Assembly: GCA_013265495.1 (NCBI GenBank)
Contig: MU058463.1
Span: 3,827,037 to 3,891,036, forward strand
DNA length: 64,000 nucleotides
Reading direction: 5' to 3'
From: Vicugna vicugna
Lineage: Eukaryota
The notes beneath the pieces were generated by a model that saw only the letters and a program-made list of their open reading frames with translations, was not told where the DNA came from and searched no databases. Shown piece by piece: positions 39,612 through 52,890 of the stretch. Made by a program: the position numbers and the translations under genes. Position 1 is the stretch's first letter. Every line of letters starts with the position of its first letter.

Positions 39612-40080
39612 AGTATATATACAATGGAATATTACTCAGCAATAAAAACAATGAAATAATGCCATTTGCAGCAATAAGGATGGACTTAAAGATTATCATA
39701 TTAAGTGAAGTAAGTCAGAGAAGGACAAACATCATATGATACCACTTATATGTGGAATCTAAAATAAACAATATAAATTCTATTAAAAACCAAAAACAGA
39801 CTCACAGACATAGAAAATAAACTATGGTTACCAAATAGGAAAGGGCAGGGGAGGGATAAATTAAGAATTTAATAGATACACATTACTCTGTATAAACTAG
39901 ATAAACAACAAGGATGTACTGTATAGCACAGGGAGCTATATTTAATTTCTCATAATAATATATACATGTTTGTGTGTATGTATATATATTATAGTTGCTT
40001 TGCTGTACACCTGAAAATAACATTGTAAATCAATTACACTTCAAGTAAAAAATTAAATTCAAAAAAAGAATAAAAAGCTT
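39612..40080 (+). mobile_element. LINE-1 3' end (cetartiodactyl type) nested in the older L1
   Basis: ORF2 tail (tacaatggaatattactcagc..tatgtggaatctaa) plus the same 3'UTR as 906-1250; degenerate flanking repeat aaaatatatcagaac / aaaaaataccagacc. Confidence 0.9.
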
Positions 40081-40517
40081 TTAAAAAATACCAGACCTTA
40101 CATGAACTGAAATTCTATCATAAACTTATCTTAATTATTAAGTAAAAGAGATCTACTCTTACAGAAACTGCCTACCAGAAAAAATATCTTCTCTGGAAGG
40201 AATATAAGATCATCTACATGTCTATAATTTTTTATGCCTAATATCCAGCATTCAGTCAAAAATTACTAAGCATGCCAGAAGACAAGGCCAAATTACTGAC
40301 ACCCAAAGCCAAAGTAACAATAACAAATTGGACAACAGAAACATACCTATAGATAATCAAATAATGGAATTATCATTTATGTCAAAGGAAACAAGAAACG
40401 TTACCTTCAAATAAACAACAATAATGCTGACACCTGCCTTCTTATAAATGCTGAAACAAAATAACTGCCAAGCTGTATTTCTATACCCCCAGAAAATAAC
40501 CACCAAAAGTGAAGAAG

Positions 40518-40663
40518 TTTTGCAAGATGAAAAAGTTCTAGAGATTGTTTGCATGACAATGTGAATGTACTTAACACTGTTGAACTATACACTGAAAAAT
40601 GATTAAGATGGTGAATTTTATGTTGCACATTTTACCACAGTTTTTTAAATGAGAGGAAAAAAT
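40518..40663 (+). mobile_element. Very short LINE-1 3' end (L1MA/MB-like) with a perfect 12-bp TSD
   Basis: TSD AAAGTGAAGAAG at 40506-40517 and 40664-40675; body ttttgcaagatgaaaaagttctagagat..aatgtgaatgtacttaacactgttgaact..ttttaccaca. Confidence 0.88.
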
Positions 40664-43600
40664 AAAGTGAAGAAGGTGATTTTGCAGCATGTAAATTAAA
40701 CCTTAATAAATCTATTTTATGGTAAAGAAGAAATAGAGATATCTTAAAATAAAAACTGAGAGACTTGATTATTAGCAGATCAGTATTAAAAGGAATAGTA
40801 AAGGTAGTTATTAAGACAGAAGAAAAATAATCCCAGGTAGAAACAGAAATGCAAGACAGAATGAAAAGCAATAGAAAGGAACCCTAAATATTGTAACAGC
40901 AGAAAATAATAATAATACTCCTGGGTGGGGGCTAAAATATACGTATACATGAAAATGTACGAAAAAAGGCAGGAGTGTAGCAGATGGAGTCAATGTTCTA
41001 CTGTCTTCACTTTGTCAGGAAGTGGTAAAAGTACTAAGTTGTGTAGGCTATAGTAAGTTCACTAAGTGTATGCTGTATGTCTACATGCACATTGTAATGT
41101 CTATTGTAACCACTAGAAAATATTATAAAATAACATGTAATCAACAATTCATAGAAGAGAAAACAGATTTATAAAAATACTTAATCAATTCAGAGGAGGC
41201 AAGAAAGGGAAAGAAAGAAGAAACAGAGAAACAAGTAGGAAATAATATGATAGATTTGAAGATAAAAATATCAGTAATCTGGATGAAATTTGCCAATTAA
41301 AGAGGTCATCAGACAGGATTAAAAAATAAAACTCAACTGTATATTCCTTAAAAGAGACACACCTTAAGCATGAGGACATGGAGGGGTTAAAAACAAAATA
41401 TTGGAGAAATGTATACACTGTAAGAACAAAAAACTGTTGCCAGAGCTATACTATCAGGAAAAAGAAACATTACTAGAGGTAGCAAGTATTTTATCAAAAT
41501 AAAGCGGTCAATCCACTAAATTGACTTAATGATTATAAATGTGTGTGCTTTTAATAACACAGCCTCAAAAGAAGTAAAATTTGACAGAACCGGAGGAAAA
41601 ATGGATGTATCACAATTAGATTTGAAGATTTGAATGCACAGCTCTCAGTAAAGGAAAGAACAACCAAAAAAAAAAAAATTGTAGGATTTACAAGATTTTA
41701 ACAAACATGATTAATGAGCCTCATTTAACTGCTATGTACAATACGCATTTTTTTCAAGTGCACATAAACCATTTGCCAAAATTAACCAAGTGTTGGACCA
41801 TAAATCAAGTCCCAACAAATTTCAAAGAATTTAAATCATTAATCTTATGAAATGAGATTAGAAATCAATTATTAAAAATAAGAAGAGGCCCAAATGTTTG
41901 GGGGGGAAAAAAGCTGTACACTTCTTTAAAAAAATCCATTGGTCAAAAAATTGCTCACAAAAACCGTGAACTGAATTATAACAGAAAATTTGAAATATCA
42001 AATGTGAGATGCAACTAAAATTGTGCTTAGGGTGAAATTTATAGCTTTAAATACTAGTATGAAGGAAACAGAATGCTACAATTCGCATTCTGTATTCGAC
42101 CTAAGTATATCCATCTCAGTAAATAAACATATACTTTTGACTTGAGCACTTTTCAGTATGAATGTTCTACTTTGATTTTTTTAAATTTACTTTAAAACTT
42201 TTTTTTTAAGAAAAAGAAACTTCATAAGGTCCATTTTCTAATTCTACAAGTACCCAAAGGATCTCAAAGCCTGTGAATGTGCTTCACATAAACCAGTCAG
42301 CCCGAGCCCCTCCTTAGCACGTACTTTAAATCTTATGCATAACCTAATCTCCTGGGTTTTGGGGGGCTTGGGGGAGTGTTTTTTTCCATTTTGCATATGC
42401 TCAAAGGTCAAATTAGAACCACTCTACAGCAGAAAAGAATATTCAAACATTCTGTGGTTCAGACTCACCCTTCCAGAAACAGGCAGACACAAGCCCCTGG
42501 GCTGACAGAAAAAACCAGTTACTCTGCAGAATTCGCCACACCTACTCGGCAAGAAATGTCTGTTCCGCACATGCGTTATCACACTAGCCTCAAAACAGAA
42601 TTTGCTAAGTGCGAAATTACACAGGCAGTATTTTCAAAAAGTTTCTAACCTCTTTCCATAACATTATAAATACAAAGTTAAAACTCATTCGTTACACTTT
42701 TTAAATTACTAAGCAGCAGACGTTCCTTTACCATAATCTACTGTTGACAAAATTTCTGTTCCTGTTCATAAAACTAACATTGTTTTGAGAAAACAATGAA
42801 TTCAGTATTTTAGTTTTAGAACTTAATAACTAATGTACTGAAAGAGAATTTTCATAATGTACTTATGAATTTTCATTTGAGCAAGTATTTTGGGTATGGG
42901 TGTGCATATATTGTTAAAGGTGTTCAAATGTATTTCCCCATAAATAGAATTAGATGAACTGTGAATACTAAGTAGAAAGACTTCATTGGAAACATCAGAA
43001 CAACATATTATCAATAGGATATGATTCCCAACCACACTAAATATTCAAGGGCTTTAAAATTTTCCTGCTTTCTTCCCAAACTAGTGTGAAATAAAATGAA
43101 GGAAACTGCTTCTTCACTGAAATGATTAATTTCATTTTGAAGTCTTCTACTTATAGAAATATTATTAGAAATGCTACTCTTGAAAAATTGGAGGTCAGTC
43201 TTCCCCATTGAGTGTAAGCAATGTATTTCCTTGAGCACAGAGGGACAAAGAAATCTCACCCTGCCCTGCACTTAGTTCCATGGGAGGAGGTCACCTGTGC
43301 AGCCATTAACATGACTCCTTTCAAAGTCAGAGCAGGAAAAATCAGAAGGAAAAAAAAAAAGGTCTCCACTCTGGCCATTTCCTCCTGGGAGGTTCCCAAG
43401 GCCTAAGTCAACATCCATTGCCTTGGGAGTGACTATGAGCGGATGCTCCCTCCCACAAAAAAAAACACATACAGAGGATTCCCTCTGGAGGTCTGCAGCA
43501 GAGGGAGGTTTCCCTCCTGACAAACAGGGAGGAGGAGCTTGGGGAAGATACTTTAATTCTAGCACTGATGGATGCCAAAGGGAAGATCTGCACCCTTTCT

Positions 43601-44999
43601 GTAATACTTGCATATTCAGCACCACCCTTTGTTGAAAGATAATGAGCATTTTACAAATCTTTCTCCACCTCCATGTATTTCCTCACTTCTCACCTCCTTT
43701 GCACATTTAAACTCTTGGAATAGGCATTCTGCTCACGCCTATTGCTTCCACTAATCCTGATCTGGACTGCTTTCTCTTTGAATCTCCACCCATTTTTTAA
43801 TGCTCCCTTGAAAATGACGAATACCTTTCTCTCAGTCAAAGCTAAACCTTTCTTTTAAAGCAATTATCTTTCAAAAAAAAAATTGCCACCTATTTCAGTG
43901 TTCCTGCATCAAAATACGTTGAATTATGGAATCAAATATCTGCCTGTGTGGAAGTAGAGCCCTAAATACAAATAAAGAAAATAACCCTAAATAGTATTCA
44001 ATGCACTGAGACACTAAAAAAACAGTCCAAAAATGATAGCATTTTATCAGTCTCTAAAACTTTATTTGACCATACTTCATTAAAGTGTCTCTAACACCAT
44101 GGTCACTCTTTTCTGGTTAAAAAATACATTTCAGAAGAAAAGAATGCTTTTTTTTCAGAGAGCTAGATAAGGAACAAATCAACTAATAACACTTATGTAT
44201 GTAAAGCACCCTAGTGGCACTTCATTTTCACATACCTTCTGTAAGTTGATCTTTCATAACTCCATGAGGTGGGCAAGGCAAGACTCATTACTTTCAGTCT
44301 AGTGCTGGAACCCTCAGAATCTTGTAGCTGATACAGCATTCTAGTACTTTCACTTTAACACACACTCTGCCTCTTCAAGCATTCATAGCAACTCAAATAC
44401 TCATAGCAACAATCCATCACCACAGATAATATCTAAACAAACATGACATTTTTATTTTCTTTAACATCTTTAAACCAGAAAGGAAGACACAAAATATGAA
44501 TTCATTCCAAGGACTGTAGGATCTAAAGGATGTGATAGACTTGTCCTTCCAGGGAAAAAGCTCAGAGATTGTCATAAGCAGATGCCCCAGAGTATGTTAT
44601 GTATTTGAACAGGTATGGGTCCATATCCTTCTGCTAAAAGGAGGACTTATGGAAAAAGTCATATGGGTTGATCTGGATATCCTGCTTTACAACTTCATTC
44701 CAAGATTTGAGGGGGAAGAGCACTAGAATCTTGGCATGTGGGCCTCTGTGGAATAAAAAGGTCATTTCTTCTCTCCCTCTTCATCCCCCACCCCCACCCC
44801 ACCCCAGCCTCTGAAGAGAAAACTTGGACTCTATTCTGTGATGAGAGAGAACCTCAGCAAATTTACACTTACCTAGAGAAGGATTCAAAGATAATTAAGA
44901 GAGCCACTGTCACCCATGATTGGAGCCAGTCTAAGAGACCTAAAAGTGAGTGTTGGCCTTTCTCCACTTCTGGAAAGTCATGACATACAAGGTGCTCTT

Positions 45000-45365
45000 T
45001 ATGGCTCTCCAGCCTCAGTTACTCTGAAATCATGAAGGTTCCTGAATGCATCATGCTCTCTCTCAATTCACAGAACTTGCACAAACCTCCATTGAGAACA
45101 ATCCTCACCTTTATCTGCCTACAGTCTATGCATCATTTTTGATACAGTTCAATCATCACCTCCTCCAGAAAGCCATCTTTCACAATCTGCACTCCTCACC
45201 ACCTCCTTGTATGCTCCTGGAGCATCCTGTACTTATCTGTATTTATGGTTCTGACCACACTTGATTGTAATCAGCTTGTCTACAAGTCTGTAAGTAATGT
45301 CTTGTCATCTTTGTATCCCCCAAACCTAGCATAGGGCCTGGCACATAATATACACTGAATGAATC
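45000..45365 (+). mobile_element. L2 LINE 3' end
   Basis: tcacctcctccagaaagcc; tgtcttgtcatctttgtatcccc..cctagcatagggcctggcacataat..tgaatgaat. Confidence 0.75.
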
Positions 45366-47316
45366 AAGGAAAGAACTGCTTATCCCTGACCCCATTACAG
45401 AACTTCTGATGCCTTCTGGCCCATCAGTTTGGTGGTATGTACAAATCTCTTCTCTGAATGACTCCATCTAGCTTTCATTCGTACCCCTGCTTAGACTCAC
45501 CCCAGATTTGGTTGAGAGGCTCTCAACCAACACAAGCCTGGTAAGACTTTCTCAGTCAGGGAAACTTGGTTCTTCAGTCAAAGGAGGGAGATACCAAGAG
45601 CCTCATTCTTTTTCCAGTTGCTTCTAATATCACAGCCATTATCAGGCACAGCCCCACCCAATACCAGAACAACTGGATTATAGTTTAGCAGGTTATTAGT
45701 AGCTCCCTTTCCACCTAGTTTGCTTTTTTGAAATAGTCCAGTCAGACACTCATTGTCTGGTGCTTTGTTTTGCTATAGTTAAAGACCTACTCTGATATGC
45801 CAATATGCTTGAGTAATCCTTCTGCCCATATTCACTTTTCCCTGTCTCTCTGTCATCAAGCTAAACTTCTTTTTCACTTTCCTGCACTTCAAATCAAGTG
45901 GTCTTCCTTCTTAACAAGCTATTCTTGGAATCCAACGTGTCCCAGAATTCTGGATGCCATTGAATTCTACCAGCTTCTCTTGGATTGCCCTTCAACACTG
46001 CCCTTCAATTTTCCCACCTCCCTTTGAACTTGGTTTATGACAGCAAGTTTTGCTCTGGGATCTGTACTTTGCTTGGGATTTTCTCCACTTGTGTTTGCCT
46101 TTCTATTCCAAATTTGACATCCAGAAGCATGTTCCCCACAAGATAAGAATTGTCAAACGGAAGGGCAACATGTGACATTAGACACTTCTAAGATACTTGA
46201 ACTGCTCCTAAATGCTCCCTTTAAATTAATGAAATTTTTATCTTTTATAGATCCCACCAATAACATTGATAGAAAGGCCAACTGACCATTTAGAAGGGTA
46301 CTATAAATTGAGCCAAAATGAAGAGTCTGAATAGCTGGAGTTTTCTCTACAAACTTTAATGTGATCACAACATGGCCATTGCATTCTATGGCATATCCAT
46401 ATTTATAAGTCTATTTATGAGTAGAAAGAGGCTTAGCCACCACTTCTCTGGCTTGCCAGCTTGGACTGGTTGCTGCTATTTTAACCACATCCCCCTCTAG
46501 AAAGAGCACAGCCAACAGTTTCAAATTCCTGAGGGAACCATAACTGTTTATACTGAACAAACTGAATGATACATCGTTTGGAAATTTGTTACTATTTAAG
46601 CCACGATCAACTTGGCTTGTTTTGGTCTGTTTTTTGTTTTTGTTTGTTCAGAGTGATCTCTCAAGGCCCAAAGTGCCGTATTTCCACCTGACATTCAAGG
46701 GTGACTAATCCCAGGAGCAGAAGACTGTCCTGGAGAAGAGTCTAGACAACTGGACACCAGGAACCAACACACCCTAAAAAAAGGAAAGTCTCAGGGCTCA
46801 GCCAACGTTCCCCATCAGGCAAAGAGCATCACTTTCTTTTAAATACTGATAGTGAAAATGACTAGGGCTCACCATGTCTAGGGCTAGAATAGTCCAAGGA
46901 CAGAGCAACTTTAAGAACTTAAAGTCTGACCTAAGGGTCTCTTTAGGAGGAGGGAAAAGAACCTAACTGGATGAAAAGTCACACTCTAGAATAGAAAGGA
47001 ATCAATTGGTTACTTTCTGCCAACCCATTTCTGACTACTTTTGTCTGGGATTTGTATTTACCTGAGCCATCGTACCTTCAGAGGTCAACCCATTTTCTAG
47101 ACTGTCCCTTCATTCAGGTCCACTCTGAGCCCAGACTCGGTTGCATTTCCTAGATGATTCCAGATCACCCCGATTCACTTGGTATTTGCCTCAGCCTTAT
47201 TATTGATTATCCAGCAATGATCCACAACAGGCATCCTGACTTAGGGCAAGCCTTGTTGACACCCAGGGAAAAAAACCTTCCAAGCCCATACCCTGAAGAG
47301 GATGCTTCTTTGTAAG

Positions 47317-47829
47317 TGTCAAGAACTGTTAAGGCTCTGAGAGCTCACCAAGCTTTGCAGGCTGACAAGCTAGTCTGCCATAGTTTCTTGGATACTGGCA
47401 GAAGACACAAGACACAAGATCAGAGACAAAGAATTTTATTACTCATGGCACAGACAGCACCTTGAGCTTCATGTTCATGTTGGTTCCCCATATCCTTCAA
47501 GTCCCACGGGGGATACAAGGAGCAGCTGGGGTAGATGCTGCTCATGCAATGGATTTTCATCACAGATGAGGAACTCTGAGCTTAGGAAACCCCAATCTTT
47601 CATCATAAAAGATGGACAAGAAAACCTGTCTAAAGTTGCTCCAGGGGGAGACTTTATTTTTATTATATTGGACAGTAAAAGAACTAGCCCTCTGCTCCAG
47701 AGGGAAATACTATCTCTGTTTTCTATTCACTATCCAACATCTTTGAAAAGATCACCTAGAATAAAAGGCTACCTTTGCTCACAGGATGTGTAGAAACATG
47801 AGAAACCCAAGAGAAATTATCTCTTAATA
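47317..47829 (-). mobile_element. ERVL-type solo LTR (MER76/MER77-like)
   Basis: The minus strand reads ..gagataatttctcttgggtttctcatgtttctacacatc..ccctctggagcagaggg...cagttcttgaca; flanks GTAAG (47312-47316) / GTAAA (47830-47834), a 5-bp TSD with 1 mismatch. Confidence 0.8.
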
Positions 47830-48513
47830 GTAAATGGAAGTCAGTGAGTAAATGAATGAACAACATAATTTATGGGCATCTTAGAGAAAGAAACAAAGTA
47901 ATGAGTCCTCAATACAGATAGTTCATTCATTCTCTACTTTTCTAAATAATTACACAAGTATATACTAACAAAGGTCATTTTTGCTCACTAAGGAAGATAC
48001 TCATTTTATTCATTTAAATATATGTCACTATTTCAAATAATTGGCACTCATTTGAATATATCCTACAAAACTTAACAAGTGACATTTTTTAACTTACCAA
48101 ATGCTGTCTACTTCATGGAAAGAGTCTGTTTCAAATATCATTCCATCATTTCACATGTAAGTTATTGTACTTATCTTTTGATTCTAAAAATCTTTATTCT
48201 AAGACAAAAAATGCAAATGACACAGAATTTTGAGGCTAAAATTAGTCAAAATAGAGAAATAAATAAAACTGAACATAAAGACTGTGTTTCTAACTTCGTA
48301 ACAGATAGTTTATCACAGGCCTTGGAAGGCAGATAGACACAGATTTAAGTCACAGAACTAGTTCCCAAGTCCTCTCTGTCTTCTGTGGCTTCCTTCTTAT
48401 CAGTGCTTTGGTATACCTTTTTGAGGATGGGGCTTTTTCTAAACAAATTAAGTTATTTCAGTAAGAAATGGCATGAGTGACATTCAAGGAATTCCAAGCA
48501 TTATGATGGTTAA

Positions 48514-48825
48514 GCAGCATTTTACAAACTGTGTTCTGGGGAACACAAGTGTCCTTTATGATGTTAATAAATATTCTGCCACCTAAAAAAATTCCTTGGT
48601 CAAGTAAGTTTGGTAAATTATAAACTGCAAAATTTTTCAGACCCTCTAATTGAAACATTGTAGATCTAATTGGACTAATAAGGTTCATTTATCATTGAAC
48701 CTTCAAAAGGCAGGTTAGGGATATGGTATGACATATTTCCCAAATTTATTTCACCATGTAAAATTTTAACATCAGATTTTTTGCATTAGAGATACTAGAT
48801 GCTTTATGTCAGGGAACACTAGAGT
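48514..48825. mobile_element. Old hAT-Charlie MITE remnant
   Basis: Starts cagcattttacaaactgtgttctgggaacac; later catatttcccaaatttattt. Subfamily and right boundary uncertain. Confidence 0.45.
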
Positions 48826-50285
48826 TCCACAGTGAGAAGAACTCTGGGCCACAAACCAGGCTAGATGTGGGACAAGAACAGTGAAGGCATTGAGACAGTT
48901 GGGAGTTAGTTTTGCAAAGGACCTTGAATTGTATGCTGCTATTTGGACTGTATTATGTAAGCAGTGGGGAAATATCCTGTTGACATTTCTTTTATCAATT
49001 TGGTATGTTTAGATGTGGTCATTTTAGTCAGAAGCATATTAAAAGATCCTAGGAACCTCCAATTTTGTAATAGATCCCTTCATAGAAGAAGAGATCTACA
49101 GAAGATAATTACCTCTGTAAATATCCAACTTAATAGCATTCACTCTTAAGAAAGTCTTCTGTATGTCTAAGAATTCCTATGTAGTAGTTTAAATTAATCT
49201 ACTTTTTTTCTGTTCTGTGTTCATTGTACTTCTCTGAATTCCAGATCTGGAACTTAACTTTGCCACAGAGACCAACAGAGATGCCAGATCCATTGATGGA
49301 CTGTCCCAGTCTGAATAAAGTCACTCCCCAAGTTTCTATTATTGAGGCTGATTTTCCAACATTTGATCATAGTCAGAACTATCTTGGATACTCTAACCAA
49401 GTTTTCTTTGTTCTGTAATTCAAGGAATATTTAATGAGCACTATCTGATGCAAGGCATTGCAATAAGTGCTGAGAGACATAAAAGGGGGATTTAGACATA
49501 TTCTCCTTAATACTTTTGTACACTTTTGAATATTTTGCTTTAAGATAAAATTGACAATTTCTTTCAAGCTTTGATTGATTTGGTGTAGCCAATAGAGGCC
49601 AAGTATATAAAGAACAACTCAGTCTATAAGTCAGTGAATATTAATTGAGCTCCACTATATGCCAAACATCACATTGGGTGCTTGGGATGCAGCAATGAGC
49701 AAGCAGGCCCAGCTTCTGCCCTCAAAGAGCTTATGAATCTAGCTGTGGCTAAAGACAATAGAGTGAGTGTGCAATTTGTATTAGTTATTGGCTCTAAACT
49801 CTTTAAAAAATGTTATTAGTTAAAAAGGGGGGTAAAACTTTAATGGCAAAATGTTAAATAGTTAATCTAGGAGAAGAGTATATGGATATTCATTTAACTA
49901 TTCTTTTGATGTTTCTGTTGAGTTGAAATTTTTCAAAATAAGAAAGTGAAGGAAAGTTTAATAAGAACAAATCAGTAAAAATTTAAACATTTAAAGACAG
50001 ATTTCTTCCCTAATCTAATATTTCCTTTGCTTAGTTGCAACATTTCAGTGTTCTATGACTTTTGATTCAGTTATTTCCATATTAGAACCTGAAAGGCAAA
50101 AGCCAAAACATTATATTATGAATAAAAGCAAGATTTGGTTTGCATTTTCCCTACCACAGAATGTCCTGCCCAAAGGGAACACTGTGGCTCTTCAACGTGG
50201 CCAGCATTTTTGTTAAACATTCTGTAAAATATGTCAGCATACTCAGTTTGTGGCTAAGTAAATCAGGAGAATTACAATGTCCAGA

Positions 50286-50488
50286 TATAAAAAATAAGAT
50301 CCTACTGTATAGCACAGAAAGCTATATTCAATATCTTATAATAACCTACAATGGAAAATAATTTGAAAAAATATATATATTCTTTTTCATCTATACACAC
50401 ACACACATATATATATAACTGAATCACTTTGCTGTACACCAGAAACTAACACAATATTGTAAATCAATTGTACTTCAATTTAAAAAAA
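50286..50488 (+). mobile_element. LINE-1 3'UTR fragment (cetartiodactyl type) with a perfect 10-bp TSD
   Basis: TSD AATGTCCAGA at 50276-50285 and 50489-50498; cctactgtatagcacag..actgaatcactttgctgtacaccagaaactaacaca; A tail. Confidence 0.92.
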
Positions 50489-51604
50489 AATGTCCAGACA
50501 TGCTATTGCTATCATTCATTTGGCATTTCTTAAGCCATTTTCTAAGGCAAGCATATATGTTTTAATGATTATAATAACCTGTGACAATCAATAAATGCAA
50601 TGTATTTGCTGTATATATGCTAAGATAGACAAGATAGAATCTCTTCCTTTTACTAGTGGTGGGACAAGATTGACAACCTGTAGTACTGCCAAATGAAACA
50701 ACTGGTCTTAAGAGAAAGTATGGGTGGATCTAAGTGGCTTTTTAACAGTGTCCTCCTATGACTCTTAACCCCAGACTCACCAAATAGATACTATCATTGT
50801 TTGCATTTTAATTTTCTCACCATTTCAAGTTGCCAGAGACCTCTTTGTTTCTGATGCATGATATATCTTTATTTTTTTTAGCAAGGAATGCATATAGGAG
50901 AAAATCAAGGGCATAAAAGTGAGGGGCAGTGAAGGGAAAAGGAGTATGAATGAATTTTACGTGGGAAATAATATGGCATCAAAGACCTGCTATAGGTATT
51001 TCCAAAGAAAAGAAATACAGGTGTCTCTTGCTTTTGGAAAGTTCCCTTTATGCGCACTTGACTTTTATGAAAGTCCTTCACTAGAACTCGTTTTTGATAA
51101 CCAAAATAGATCTGAAGAGGATTTTCACTTTTATGAAAAAAGGCCAAAAGCAAAAATAGTGGCAGCATTGGTTTTGCAGTGACCCAGTCATAGAGGCAGT
51201 GCACACCCCAAGCAGCCAGGGTGACCCCACCAAGCTCCTTCCCCAGGAACTACACTCAGCATCTCAGTATCAAGCTGCCATAGCTCTGAACTGTGTCCGC
51301 GAGCATCTGAGCTTTATATTGATTTATCTTGTGCATTTGTTAGCAAGATGTGTCCTAACATAATTGCTTCATTGCTTTACCCCATTTTGGCTTAGGAACG
51401 CTCTACTTTCAGAGAGTAGGGAAGATCTGTACAGCTTAACAGGTCAGTGACATTTCCCCTCTATTCATTCCTTCAAAACAAAATGTGTTGCATGACTGCT
51501 ATATGCCAAACACTATGCTATTGGAAATAGAAGTCTCTACTTTCAATATAGTCTCTGCTTTGAGAAAATCTTTTCAGACATGCATGATAGAATAAGACAG
51601 GTGA

Positions 51605-51775
51605 CAGGTGCAGTGGAAACAGCAGGGTGGGTTCCAGACCACCACAATAAAGTAAATATTATAATAAAGCGAGTCACACAAAATTTTTCATTTCCCAGTG
51701 CAAATAAAAGTAACGTTTATAGTATACTATGGTCTATTAAGTATGCACTAGCATTATGCCTAAAAAATACATTTA
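51605..51775 (-). mobile_element. Tigger1-like (TcMar) DNA transposon terminal fragment
   Basis: ggttccagaccaccacaataaag..aataaagcgagtcacacaaaattttt..tttcccagtgca..gtctattaagt..gcattatg matches the recalled Tigger1 end. Confidence 0.8.
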
Positions 51776-51789
51776 TATATGAGGACCGT

Positions 51790-52210
51790 ATATGTACTAG
51801 GCTCTATAATTGCTAGGGATGCAGATAGTGCAGAAAGAAATAATAAAATTTTGATTAGTGATAAATGGTACAAAGAAACAAAATACAGTAATAAACTAGT
51901 GACTGGATAGAGTGTAGACAACTTTAATAAGGGGACTAGGGAAGCCACACTGAGCCCTAAATGATGACAGTTTGCCCTGTATACACGTGATGCAAAAGTG
52001 TTCCAGGAAGAGGGAAATAGGAAGTGCAAAGGTCCTGAAACTGGAATGAGCTTGACATATTGGTGAGAAAGAAAGAAAAGCAATTTGGCTGGAACAGTAA
52101 GCAAGGGGAATAATAATACATGATGAGTTAACAGAGGTAGACAGCTATCAGATTATGCAGGGAACTGTAGTCTCTAGCAAGGAGTTTGACTGTTATTCAA
52201 AATGTAATGC
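51790..52210 (-). mobile_element. L2 LINE fragment
   Basis: gtgttccaggaagagggaaataggaagtgcaaaggtcctga; ggctggaacag; caaggagtttgactgttattc. Confidence 0.75.
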
Positions 52211-52459
52211 CACCTCCTTCTAAGTTAGCACTGATTCCACTGATCTATTTATGAATATAGCTTTAAAACAATAACCTTAGTGTACTCACAATCAGCCTAG
52301 CTAAAATCAAGAATTAAGACATCATTCATGGGAGCACAAACAATGAAATATTTTCTGCCAAACAAGAATCTAATCTGCCAGAGAAACTATTCATTACTTT
52401 AATCTGCTTTGCATATTAGGATTTTACATCAGCAGTCAGAAGAGAATTCATATACGCCT

Positions 52460-52890
52460 CCCACCCCATCTATACACCTGCCTGCATCTGGGCCCATGAG
52501 CTCTTCCTTGCCTGCTATTAACACGGATGAATTACCTTCCTCCTGAGACCAACCCCTCCACCTGTGCATTCATGCCTGCCAGCTCTCTCTTAATCAACAG
52601 CATATCATTCCAACTCTTTCCTCTCTCTTCTGCATCTCAATGTTTGTCCTTCCATAAGCTCAGACTCATCAACATTAAACATGCAATAACTGCTCCAGTC
52701 TTAAGTACATACATACTTACATCTAATCATAAAAGTCTCTCTTGGCCCTTCCATCCCTCTTTAGCTACCACATCATTTTATAGCAAAACTTCTCAAAAGA
52801 CTTGTTGGTACTTACTGCTTTAATTGCTCTCTTTTCACTCTTGAACCCTCTCCAATCAGATTTCTGCCCCACAGCTTCTGTAGAACCACT
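52460..52890 (+). mobile_element. L2 LINE fragment
   Basis: ccaacccctccacctgtgc; tttatagcaaaacttctcaaaaga; ctcttgaaccctctccaatcagatttctgcccc. Confidence 0.65.

Larger units (their letters stand above)
39190..42070 (+). mobile_element. Ancient LINE-1 (L1M) 5'UTR-ORF1-spacer-ORF2 endonuclease remnant carrying nested insertions
   Basis: atccagcattcagtcaaaattactaagcatgccagaagac; aaactgagagacttgattattagcagatcagtattaaaagga; endonuclease-like ccaattaaagaggtcatcagacaggattaaaaa..aaaagagacacaccttaag; tttttcaagtgcacataaaccatttgccaaaattaacc. Confidence 0.8.

Noticed and set aside
43272..43649. 125-aa ORF and overlapping ORFs
   Set aside because: No recognisable homology, the frame crosses homopolymer runs, and there are no convincing exon boundaries.
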